This document shows, in pieces, positions 41,690-49,861 of a stretch of DNA of 59,866 nt. A program made the position numbers and the translations under genes. Every line of letters starts with the position of its first letter. Position 1 is the first letter of the stretch. The notes under the pieces were generated by a model that saw only the letters and a program-made list of their open reading frames with translations, was not told the DNA's origin and did not search any database. The DNA is from Mycobacteriales bacterium (GTDB lineage: Bacteria; Actinomycetota; Actinomycetes; Mycobacteriales; SCTD01), in assembly GCA_046595615.1 (NCBI GenBank), contig JBKJOO010000147.1:1-59866 (forward strand), in the 5' to 3' direction.

Positions 41690-43335
41690 CGGCCGGCTCT
41701 GGCGCCGGCTGGTCCGTGGTGTCGCGGTCGGCCGGTGTTGTGCGCACCGTCGATCCTGCGTCCTACGTCGGGGGTAACACTGGGCGTCGCATTGACCGCT
41801 GCGTCGCGCTGGGGGAGAAACAGCAGCGCGATCAGCGCAGCCAGGACTGCGGCGCCCGCGGCGGTCAGCGAACCGGTGTGGAAGCCGCGCATGAACGAGG
41901 CGCGCGCCGCCTGCAAGGCCGGCCCGCCCAGCGCGGGTGGCAGGTGGTTGCTCGTGGCGAGAGCCGAGCCCAGCGACTGCTGCCCGAGTTTGACGGTGCC
42001 GGCCGGCAGGCGCAGCCGGGTCCAGGACTCGGCGAGATGGCTACTGTAGGACCAGTTCATGACAGAGCCGACGATCGCGACGCCGAGCGCGCCGCCGAGT
42101 TCGCGGACGGTGTCGTTGACCGCGGACCCGACGCCGGTCTTGGCCTGGGGTAAGGACGCGAGAATCGAGTCAGTCGCCGGGCTCACGGCCAGCGCCATGC
42201 CGGCGGCCATAAGCGACATCGAGACCACCACGACCGTCCAGTAGTCGGCGTCGGCCGCCGCGGTGGCCGCGACGAGGAACCCGCCGGACATCACCAGCAT
42301 CCCGAAGGTGATGATCATCTTGGCGCCGATCCTGCGCACGATCAGGATCGCGATCGGCGACAGCACACCCGTAATCAGCGCGAAAGGCAGGGTTGCCAGC
42401 CCTGCCTTGAGGGTGTCGTAGCCGCGCACCAGCTGGAAGTACATGGTGATCATGAAGATGAAGCCGAAGAGGCCGAAGAAGGCCATCGAGATCGCAACGC
42501 TGGCAGCCGAGAACCGCGGATTGCGAAAGAAGCCGATGTCGAGCAGCGGATCGTCGCGGGTCGTTTCCCACCGGATGAACGTGGCCAACAGCACCACGCT
42601 GCCGGCGAAGCCGGCGAGCGTCGCAGGGCCGGTCCAGCCGCGTCCCGGAGCCTCGATGATCGTCCAGATGAGCAGGCCGGTGACGGTGACCGACAGCAGT
42701 GCGCCGATGCCGTCAAAGTGGCCCGGCATGGGGTCCTTCGATTCCGGTATCAACAGGGCACCGAGGATGAGCGCCACGACGATGACCGGCAGGTTGACGA
42801 TGAAGATCGAGCCCCACCAGAAGTGCTGCAGGAGGAGGCCGCCGATGACTGGCCCCAAGGCGATGGCGAGGCCGGACACGCCGGACCACACGCCGACGGC
42901 GACGGCCTTCTCCTGGCGGTCGACGAAGACGGTCGAAAGCAGAGCGAGCGTGCTGGGGTAGACAAGGGCGACGGCGACCCCCATCGCTCCCCGGGTGGCG
43001 ATCAGCTGGACGACCGACCCGGCGTGCGCGGCGGCGAAGGAGCTAAGGGCGAACAGCACCAGACCGACCTGCAGGACGCGCTTACGCCCGATCCGGTCGC
43101 CAATGTTGCCAAAGACGAGCAGCAGCCCAGCGAAAAAGACCGGGTAGATGTCGACGACCCACTGCAGGTCCGACGTCGACGTCGAGAGCGTCCTGTTCAA
43201 AGTGGGGAGCGCAACGTTGACGATGGTGTTGTCCATTGCTACGAGCAGGACGGTCAGACACAGCACCGCCAGGATCAGCCATCGGCGCCGGTCTGTCCGA
43301 GTGGGATCCGCCAGGGCTGTGCTCGCAACGGTCAC
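41686..43335 (-). CDS. MFS transporter, DHA2 (EmrB/QacA, 14-TMS) family
   Basis: 549 aa. Contains LAVLCLTVLLVAMDNTIVNVALPT and GDRIGRKRVL. GTGA overlaps with both neighbouring genes. Confidence 0.9.
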   Translation of the reverse strand: MTVASTALADPTRTDRRRWLILAVLCLTVLLVAMDNTIVNVALPTLNRTLSTSTSDLQWVVDIYPVFFAGLLLVFGNIGDRIGRKRVLQVGLVLFALSSFAAAHAGSVVQLIATRGAMGVAVALVYPSTLALLSTVFVDRQEKAVAVGVWSGVSGLAIALGPVIGGLLLQHFWWGSIFIVNLPVIVVALILGALLIPESKDPMPGHFDGIGALLSVTVTGLLIWTIIEAPGRGWTGPATLAGFAGSVVLLATFIRWETTRDDPLLDIGFFRNPRFSAASVAISMAFFGLFGFIFMITMYFQLVRGYDTLKAGLATLPFALITGVLSPIAILIVRRIGAKMIITFGMLVMSGGFLVAATAAADADYWTVVVVSMSLMAAGMALAVSPATDSILASLPQAKTGVGSAVNDTVRELGGALGVAIVGSVMNWSYSSHLAESWTRLRLPAGTVKLGQQSLGSALATSNHLPPALGGPALQAARASFMRGFHTGSLTAAGAAVLAALIALLFLPQRDAAVNATPSVTPDVGRRIDGAHNTGRPRHHGPAGARAGR

Positions 43336-44312
43336 GTCGTGTCCTCGTCTACGTGTTGGGCGGCGCCGTGGTCAGGGTGCGCGGCCGTGCGTGCCGATAC
43401 CGGGTCGGCGGCGTCGAGCAGCAGTCGGTCCAGGTGTGGCGTCGGCCCGTGGCCAGCCACGAGGAGGCGCACGTCGCCGACCATCGCCGGGAACTCGGTG
43501 TCGCGGGTCGCCGCGACATGCGGGGCGATGGCGAGGGTGCCGAGCGGGCCGCGCAGCTGCCCCTGCCAGTACCTGACGGCGATGAACCGGGGCACGGCGG
43601 TGAAGATGATGCGCAGCGGTGTCGGCGTGACTGTGACGCCCTGTCGGGCGAGTGCGCGGAAGCCGTCGCCGACCGCAGCCACCATCTCGGCCATCCTGGT
43701 TCGGTCGGACGTCAGCTCGTCCACGGTGCCGCCGGCGATGATGGCCGCGCCGACCACGGTGACGAAGACCGTGTGGGTCTTGAGCCAGCCGGCCATCTCG
43801 GCGCAGACTTCGACGGCGAAACCGGCGGAGCGCAGCATGTCGACCACCGGTGCCTCGACACCGCCGCAGTCCTCAACGGTGGTCTGCTGCTGACGGATTT
43901 CGAGATAGGTGATCGATCCGGCATCGGTGCGCTTGCCGCCGACTCCCGGGAAGGCGAAAACGCATCGCGCGGTGCCGACCCGGTCGCGGATGCTGTCGAG
44001 GTCGACGCCCTCGTTGAGCATGAAGACGATCCGCGTCGCCGCCGACGCCGCGAGCATCGGCAGCACGTCGGCGAGCTGGTCGCGCCTTACGGTGACGAAA
44101 ACGGCGTCGAAGGCGACGTCGAGCGGGAACTCGGTCGTCACAGCCGGATGGGATCGGCTGGTCTCACCACGTTTGACCAAGGCCACCCCGTGCGTCGCCA
44201 GCGACTCGGCTGCCGGGCCGCGCGCGAGCAGGGTCACCTCGTTTCCGGCGGCGGCAAGCCGACCGCCGTAGATCTGTCCTATCACGCCCGCGCCGCAGAC
44301 CAGCACTCTCAT
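43332..44312 (-). CDS. Ketopantoate-reductase (ApbA/PanE)-family NAD(P)H oxidoreductase
   Basis: ORF 43332..44342 trimmed to MRVLVCGAGVIGQIYGGRLAAAGNEVTLLARG (GxGxxG), preceded by GAAGGGGA. Confidence 0.8.
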   Translation of the reverse strand: MRVLVCGAGVIGQIYGGRLAAAGNEVTLLARGPAAESLATHGVALVKRGETSRSHPAVTTEFPLDVAFDAVFVTVRRDQLADVLPMLAASAATRIVFMLNEGVDLDSIRDRVGTARCVFAFPGVGGKRTDAGSITYLEIRQQQTTVEDCGGVEAPVVDMLRSAGFAVEVCAEMAGWLKTHTVFVTVVGAAIIAGGTVDELTSDRTRMAEMVAAVGDGFRALARQGVTVTPTPLRIIFTAVPRFIAVRYWQGQLRGPLGTLAIAPHVAATRDTEFPAMVGDVRLLVAGHGPTPHLDRLLLDAADPVSARTAAHPDHGAAQHVDEDTT

Positions 44313-44360
44313 GGATGTCCCCTTCACTACAGAGTCGTTCAATTGGCCCGCCCGGGCAGG

Positions 44361-45353
44361 TCACGTCGTCAGCACGACCTTGCCGACGGTCCGGCGCGCG
44401 CTGACGGCGCGGTGCGCCTCGGCTGCCTGCTCGAGTGAGAAGGCGTGCTGGACGACTGCGCGCAGCTGACCCGCGTCGGCGAGGGTCAACAACTGCGCGA
44501 CGACACCGGCGGTCGGCGGGTCGCCGGCGCGCGGACGGAGCAGGCGGCTGGTGAGCCAGTAGCCGATGACGCTCTGGTTCTTGTGCATCAGCTGCGAGCC
44601 GGCGAACGCCGCGAGCCGGCTGCTGGACACCCCGTAGACGACGAGCGTCCCGTAAGCGGCAAGACAGGCCAGACTCTGCTCGCCAATCGATCCGCCGACG
44701 GCGTCCAGGACGATGTCGACGCCCCGGTCGCCGGTGGCCGCCATGACCGCGTCGGGCCAGTCCGGCGTTGTGTAGTCGATCGCGACGTCCGCACCCAGTT
44801 CCATGGCCAGTTTGCGCTTGTCCAGCGATCCGGCCGTGGCGACGACCGTAGCCGCACCGAAGATCTTCGCGAGTTGGACGGCGATCGTGCCGACCCCACC
44901 GGCCGCCGCGTGCACGAGGACCGATCCCCCTGGCTGGATCCGCCCGCAGTCGCGCAGGAGCTGCCAGGCGGTGACTCCCTGGACCAAACAGGACGTCGCT
45001 TCAGCGAGGTCGACGCCGGCCGGCAACTCGGTGACGAGGTTCGCGGTGGTGACGGCGAACTCGGCGTACCCGCCGTGTACGAAGGCGACCACCCGTCGCC
45101 CGACGAGGCGGTCGGGGGCGCCGGGCCCGACGGCGGTCACCACCCCGGCCACCTCGGTGCCCAGGACGAGCGGGAAGACCGGTGCCGCGTCCCGGCTGAT
45201 GTACATGCCCTGCCGGGCCATCACATCGGTGAAGTTGACGCCGGCGACGCCCACCCGAATCTGAACCTCGCCCGGGCCGGGCGCGGGGGTGTCGAGGTCC
45301 TCCAGCCGCATGACCTGGGGGCCGCCGGTCTCGTAGATGCGGATAGCTCTCAT
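44361..45353 (-). CDS. MDR-superfamily NADPH:quinone oxidoreductase-like reductase (candidate trans-acting enoyl reductase)
   Basis: ORF 44361..45869 trimmed to MRAIRIYETGGPQVMRLEDL. Contains VLVHAAAGGVGTIAVQLAK. 330 aa. Its ATG overlaps the NRPS stop (ATGA). Confidence 0.85.
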   Translation of the reverse strand: MRAIRIYETGGPQVMRLEDLDTPAPGPGEVQIRVGVAGVNFTDVMARQGMYISRDAAPVFPLVLGTEVAGVVTAVGPGAPDRLVGRRVVAFVHGGYAEFAVTTANLVTELPAGVDLAEATSCLVQGVTAWQLLRDCGRIQPGGSVLVHAAAGGVGTIAVQLAKIFGAATVVATAGSLDKRKLAMELGADVAIDYTTPDWPDAVMAATGDRGVDIVLDAVGGSIGEQSLACLAAYGTLVVYGVSSSRLAAFAGSQLMHKNQSVIGYWLTSRLLRPRAGDPPTAGVVAQLLTLADAGQLRAVVQHAFSLEQAAEAHRAVSARRTVGKVVLTT

Positions 45354-48300
45354 GATCTGTCTCCGATCGTCTCGGGGTCGCGGGGGGCCGGGAGGTAGCC
45401 GATCTTGCGGAAGTAGCCGAAGTAGGCCCGGAGGAGGCGGTCGTCGATCGGCGGGCAGGTGATGCCGCTTCCGGCCAGGCCGCGTTCGACGTTGCGCTGG
45501 TCGAACCCGCCGGCCGGGAACCGATCGAGGGGGAGGGTGCCGGTGAGGAACGGCGCGAGTGACCCGGCGGTCTCGTCGGACAGGTCGGCGGCCCGCTCGA
45601 CGACGCGGCGGCACCACTCGACGAAGGTGACCCGTTCGCCGCCGTACCCGTAACCCTCCAGCCACGCGACGAACTCGGGCTCGCGCACCGGATGCTCGGC
45701 GACGAGGTGGAACGCGAGGCCCTGCAGGTCGGGTTGCCGGGAGAGGTGGACGAGCGCGCTGACGACGTAGTCGACGGGTGTCATGTCGAGGGACATGTCG
45801 ATGATCGGCGCCGCGCCCATCTGGATGCCGACCTTGATGATCTGCCAGACAAAATCGTAGGTCTGGCATGCGCCGGTCGTGCTGTCACCGGCCACCCGGC
45901 CGGCTCGATACACGTAGACCGGAAGCCCGCGGCGCCCGGCCTCAAGCACGAACTGCTCGCTCACCCACTTGGTCTGGGTGTAGCCGAACGAGGTCTTGGG
46001 ATCGTGGATCGGATCCTCAGTCTCGGTGAAGTCGGTGCCGGACGGGTAGCTGAAGCGGGAGAAGACGTAGGTGGTCGAGATGAAGTGGACCGGCTTCGTG
46101 GTCCCGTCGCAGGCCAGTCGCAGAACTTCCGCGGTCCCGAGGACGTTGGGCGGTTTCAGCGTCGCGTACGGCTGGAGGAAGTTCACCTCGGCGCCGCAGT
46201 GGTAGATGACATCGACCGTCGCCGCCAGGTGTTGCCATTGCGGAGTGCCGACGCCCAGCCGCGGCCGGCTCAGTGTGCCGACCACCGGGACGATGCGCTC
46301 GCTCAAGGCCGGGTCCCAGACCCCGTACTCGGTCAGAGCGGTTCGGATGCGTTCCTGACCGTCCTGGTCGGACGTCGCGCGGACCAGGCAGAAGACCATC
46401 GCCTCGGTCGTGGTGAGCAATCGCGCGAGTAGGAAGGCACCGACGAACCCAGTCGCACCCGTCAGGAAGATGTGCTGGGGATAGCGCACGGAGTGCACGT
46501 GGGCACCCGTGTCGGGGCGGATGTCCTCGCCGAGCTGCGCCTCGGCGACGAGATCCACCTCCAGGCCTTCAGCTGCCGCCGCACCATCGGTGAGCAGAGC
46601 CGACAGCCGGGCGATGGTCGGCTCGCCGTCGAACAACGCTTGCAGCGGCACGTCGATCCCGAAGACCTCGCGGATCCGGAAGACGAGCTTGGTCGCCAGC
46701 AGGGAGTGTCCGCCGAGGTCGAAGAAGCCGTCGAGCACGCCGACGCGAGGCTTGTCGAGCAGGTCCCGCCAGACGGCGGCCATCCGCTCCTCGGTCTCGT
46801 TGCGCGGTGCCACGTAGCCGGCCGAGGCGGGCAGCTCGGAGTCGGGATCGGGACCGCGGTCGACGCCGTGCAGGGCCGCTCGGTCGATCTTGCCGTTCGG
46901 CGTGAGCGGGAGCTCGGCGAGCTGGACAAGCCGGGCCGGCACCATGTACTCCGGCACGTGGCGGCGCAGCAGAGCCTTGAGTTCGGCCGTTGACACCGAC
47001 TCGGCCACCGATCGAGACGCCTCCACGTAGGCGACGATCGACGCGTCGCGATCGGCGCCCTCGCGCACCACCGCCACCGCCTTGGCGATGGACGGGTGCG
47101 AGCCGAGGATCGCCTCTATCTCGCCGAGTTCAATCCGGTGGCCGCGGATCTTGACCTGGTGGTCGGCGCGTCCGGCGAACTCAAGCTCGCCGTCCGGACG
47201 CAGCCGCACAAGGTCGCCGGTCCGGTACAGCCGTTGCGCGGGAGCGAACGGTGCCTGGAGGAAGGCAGCGGCGGTGAGTTCGGGGTGTCCGAGGTAGCCG
47301 ATCGAGACGCCGTCGCCGCCGTGGTAGAGCTCGCCGACGACGTTCCTGGGCACCGGGTTGCGGCCGTGGTCCAGGACGTAGGTCGTGACGTTGGCGATCG
47401 CCCGGCCGATCGGGATGCACCCCGTGGACACGTCGTGCGCATCGACCAAGTGGAACGTTGAGTAGACCGAGGTTTCCGTCGGCCCGTAACCGTTCCATAG
47501 CTCGGCACATCTGCTGAGCAGTTCGGCGGCCAGCGCGGGCGCGAGGGCTTCGCCGGCGCTCCAGACCCGCATGCCCGGACTGCCACGCCAGCCGCTCCCG
47601 ACCAGCAGGTACCAGGTGGCCGGCGTGGCTTGCATGAGGGTCACGCGGTGTTTGTCGATGAGCGACGCGAGGCGGCGTCCGTCCAGGACGTCGTCGGGCG
47701 CGGCCACCACTACCCGGGCGCCCACCAAGAGTGGCAGCAACATGTCGACGATGGCGATGTCGAAGGACGGACTGGTCACGGCGAGCAGGACGTCGGTCTC
47801 GGCGATTCCGGGCCGGTCGCGAACCGAGGTGAGCATGTTGACGATGTTGCGGTGCGAGACCTGCACGCCTTTCGGCACACCGGTGGAGCCGGACGTGTAG
47901 ATCGTGTAGGCGCGACGTCCCGAGCGCTCAGGGTCGTCGGGACGGACCGCGTCCGGAACGCGGGGCGTGATGATCGACGCCGACATCGGCCGGTCGACCA
48001 CGATGACCGGCACGTCCTGCGTGGGGAGGACGCTACGCAGACCATCACGGGTGATGATCGCCGCGACGTCCGCATCCGCGAAGATGAAGGCGATCCGTTC
48101 TGCCGGATACCCGGGGTCGATCGGTACGTACGACAAGCCGGCACGCAGCACGCCCAGGATGGCGATGATCATGTCGGCCGAGCGTGGCAGGCACAGCGCG
48201 ACGTGCGCACCCGGCGCGGTCGGCACCTGGCCGGACAGCTCCGCCGCGAGCGCCGCGGACCGGGCATCGACCTCGCTGTAGGTGACCAGACGGCCGCCAT

Positions 48301-49861
48301 CGATGAGCGCCGTGCGATCAGGGTGACGTCGGACAGCTTCGAGAACGAGCTCGTGGACGTACTGCGTCGAGTCATACGCCCGGCCGGTGCGCTGCCCCTC
48401 CTCGATCAGGGCGTCCGCAGCCTGCGGGGATAGCAGCGCAAGCGTATCGACAGGCTGCTCGACGTCGCGGATACCGGCGCGGAGCACGGCCAAGAAGCTG
48501 TCCGCGAGCTGGGCGATGGTTGCTTCGTCGTAAACGTCGGCGTAGTAGTCGATGTGCGCCTTGATGCCGGCAGGGGTTGTCATCAGGTCGAACAGGAGGT
48601 CGAAGTGGCATCCGCCGTTGGGCAGGTCCCGCAACTCCGCCACCGGCGATCCGGAGGTTGTCGACTGGTCGATCTGGAAGTTAAAGGCCGCCTGGAACAG
48701 CGGGCTGCGGCTCGGGTCCCGAACGCCGTGGACGGCTTGCAGCACCCGCTCGAAGGGGACCGTCTGATGCTCGAAACCAGTGCGCACGGTCTCGTTGACC
48801 TGCGCGACGAATTCGCCAAACGTCGGCGAGTCGGTCAGGTTGAAGCGCAGCGCGAGCGTGTTCAGGAACGGCCCGATGAGCCGGTCGACTCCGGGCAGGT
48901 CCCGGTTCGCCACCGGTACCCCGATGATCAGGTCGTCCTGCGCGGCGTAACGGCCCAGCACGGTCGCGAAGGCGGCGAGCATCGTGACGAACGGGGTGAC
49001 CGAACGGTTGCGGCTCAGTCGCGTGACCTGCTCCGTGAGGTCCGGCGGGATCTCGACGGGCAGCCGCCGGCCGCGGCGGGTCATCCGAGCGGGACGCCGG
49101 TGGTCGGCCGGCAGCGCGAGCTGCTGCGGGGCACCGTCCAAGTGCCCGGTCCAGTAGTCGAGCGATCCCGCGAGCGTCTCATCGATCAGTGCCTGGTGCT
49201 CGGCCGCCGCCACGTCGGAGAACTGGAACGGCAAGGCCGGCAGGTCGATTCGCACGCCGGCGAGCCGCGGCGGGTACAGCTCGCCGAGCTCGCGGAAGAA
49301 CACCGCAGTGGAGAATCCGTCGGAAACCATGTGGTGCATCGTCAGCTGGATGAAGCACTCGTTCTCGTCGACCGGTGCGACGGTCACCCGCAGCAGCGGC
49401 CCTGCCGAGACGTCGAAGGGCGTTCGCGCGTCCTCGAGGAACAGCTGCTCGCGCTCCTGCGTCGATATACCGGTCAGCACCCGAACCGGTACGTCCATGT
49501 GCCCCGCGACCACGCCGACCGGCTCGCCGTCGCGCATCATGTACCGGGTGCGCAGGATCTCGTGGCGCTGGACGACCTGGTGGAGGCAGTCGGCGAACAC
49601 GTTCGGCTCGACCTGCAGCCGCAGCCGGGCCACCCCCGACATGTTGTGGAGCGCCGTGCCCGGGTCGAATTGCTCGAGGAACCAGATGCGCTCCTGAGTG
49701 AAAGAGAGCGCGACCGTGTCCCCGGTGCGCTCGGCCGCCACGATGCCGCCTCGGGTCCCCGCCGGACGGGTGCCGCCGGATCGCTGCTCCTTCAACCGTT
49801 CGAGCAGGGCCGTCCGTTGTTCCGGCGAGAGTTGGGCGACCCGCTCCGCGATGCCTGTCAT
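45350..49861 (-). CDS. Non-ribosomal peptide synthetase, one module: C-A-T-R (terminal thioester reductase)
   Basis: ORF 45350..51391 trimmed to MTGIAERV, whose ATG overlaps the PKS stop. 1503 aa. C: MHHMVSDG. A: YTSGSTGVPKG, NGYGPTE, PNGKID. T: FFDLGGHSL. R: IFLTGATGFVG and YTQTK. Confidence 0.92.
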   Translation of the reverse strand: MTGIAERVAQLSPEQRTALLERLKEQRSGGTRPAGTRGGIVAAERTGDTVALSFTQERIWFLEQFDPGTALHNMSGVARLRLQVEPNVFADCLHQVVQRHEILRTRYMMRDGEPVGVVAGHMDVPVRVLTGISTQEREQLFLEDARTPFDVSAGPLLRVTVAPVDENECFIQLTMHHMVSDGFSTAVFFRELGELYPPRLAGVRIDLPALPFQFSDVAAAEHQALIDETLAGSLDYWTGHLDGAPQQLALPADHRRPARMTRRGRRLPVEIPPDLTEQVTRLSRNRSVTPFVTMLAAFATVLGRYAAQDDLIIGVPVANRDLPGVDRLIGPFLNTLALRFNLTDSPTFGEFVAQVNETVRTGFEHQTVPFERVLQAVHGVRDPSRSPLFQAAFNFQIDQSTTSGSPVAELRDLPNGGCHFDLLFDLMTTPAGIKAHIDYYADVYDEATIAQLADSFLAVLRAGIRDVEQPVDTLALLSPQAADALIEEGQRTGRAYDSTQYVHELVLEAVRRHPDRTALIDGGRLVTYSEVDARSAALAAELSGQVPTAPGAHVALCLPRSADMIIAILGVLRAGLSYVPIDPGYPAERIAFIFADADVAAIITRDGLRSVLPTQDVPVIVVDRPMSASIITPRVPDAVRPDDPERSGRRAYTIYTSGSTGVPKGVQVSHRNIVNMLTSVRDRPGIAETDVLLAVTSPSFDIAIVDMLLPLLVGARVVVAAPDDVLDGRRLASLIDKHRVTLMQATPATWYLLVGSGWRGSPGMRVWSAGEALAPALAAELLSRCAELWNGYGPTETSVYSTFHLVDAHDVSTGCIPIGRAIANVTTYVLDHGRNPVPRNVVGELYHGGDGVSIGYLGHPELTAAAFLQAPFAPAQRLYRTGDLVRLRPDGELEFAGRADHQVKIRGHRIELGEIEAILGSHPSIAKAVAVVREGADRDASIVAYVEASRSVAESVSTAELKALLRRHVPEYMVPARLVQLAELPLTPNGKIDRAALHGVDRGPDPDSELPASAGYVAPRNETEERMAAVWRDLLDKPRVGVLDGFFDLGGHSLLATKLVFRIREVFGIDVPLQALFDGEPTIARLSALLTDGAAAAEGLEVDLVAEAQLGEDIRPDTGAHVHSVRYPQHIFLTGATGFVGAFLLARLLTTTEAMVFCLVRATSDQDGQERIRTALTEYGVWDPALSERIVPVVGTLSRPRLGVGTPQWQHLAATVDVIYHCGAEVNFLQPYATLKPPNVLGTAEVLRLACDGTTKPVHFISTTYVFSRFSYPSGTDFTETEDPIHDPKTSFGYTQTKWVSEQFVLEAGRRGLPVYVYRAGRVAGDSTTGACQTYDFVWQIIKVGIQMGAAPIIDMSLDMTPVDYVVSALVHLSRQPDLQGLAFHLVAEHPVREPEFVAWLEGYGYGGERVTFVEWCRRVVERAADLSDETAGSLAPFLTGTLPLDRFPAGGFDQRNVERGLAGSGITCPPIDDRLLRAYFGYFRKIGYLPAPRDPETIGDRS
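45422..46480 (-). other. NRPS terminal reductase (SDR-type R) domain (residues ~1128-1480)
   Basis: NAD(P)H motif TGATGFVG. The catalytic-type ISTT..YTQTK (Thr/Tyr/Lys) is present. Confidence 0.8.
46577..46804 (-). other. NRPS thiolation (PCP) domain (residues ~1020-1095)
   Basis: FFDLGGHSLLATKL, with Ser1052 as the phosphopantetheine site. Confidence 0.8.
46862..48364 (-). other. NRPS adenylation domain (residues ~500-1000)
   Basis: A2 LRAGLSYVPID, A3 YTSGSTGVPKG, A4 FDIAIVDM, A5 NGYGPTE, A7 YRTGD, A8 GRADHQVKIRG, A10 PNGKID. The hand-extracted code is D-I-V-Q-W-A-G-V-Y-K. Confidence 0.8.
48452..49714 (-). other. NRPS condensation domain (residues ~50-470)
   Basis: Contains LSFTQERIWFLEQ (C1) and HHMVSDG (C3, intact). 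Confidence 0.8.

Noticed and set aside
45354-45869. N-terminal extension of ORF 44361..45869, and the extension of ORF 45350..51391 beyond 49861.
   Set aside because: The extensions run in alternative frames through the upstream gene's coding sequence. The internal ATGs (45353, 49861) create ATGA overlaps with the upstream stops and begin exactly where family homology starts.
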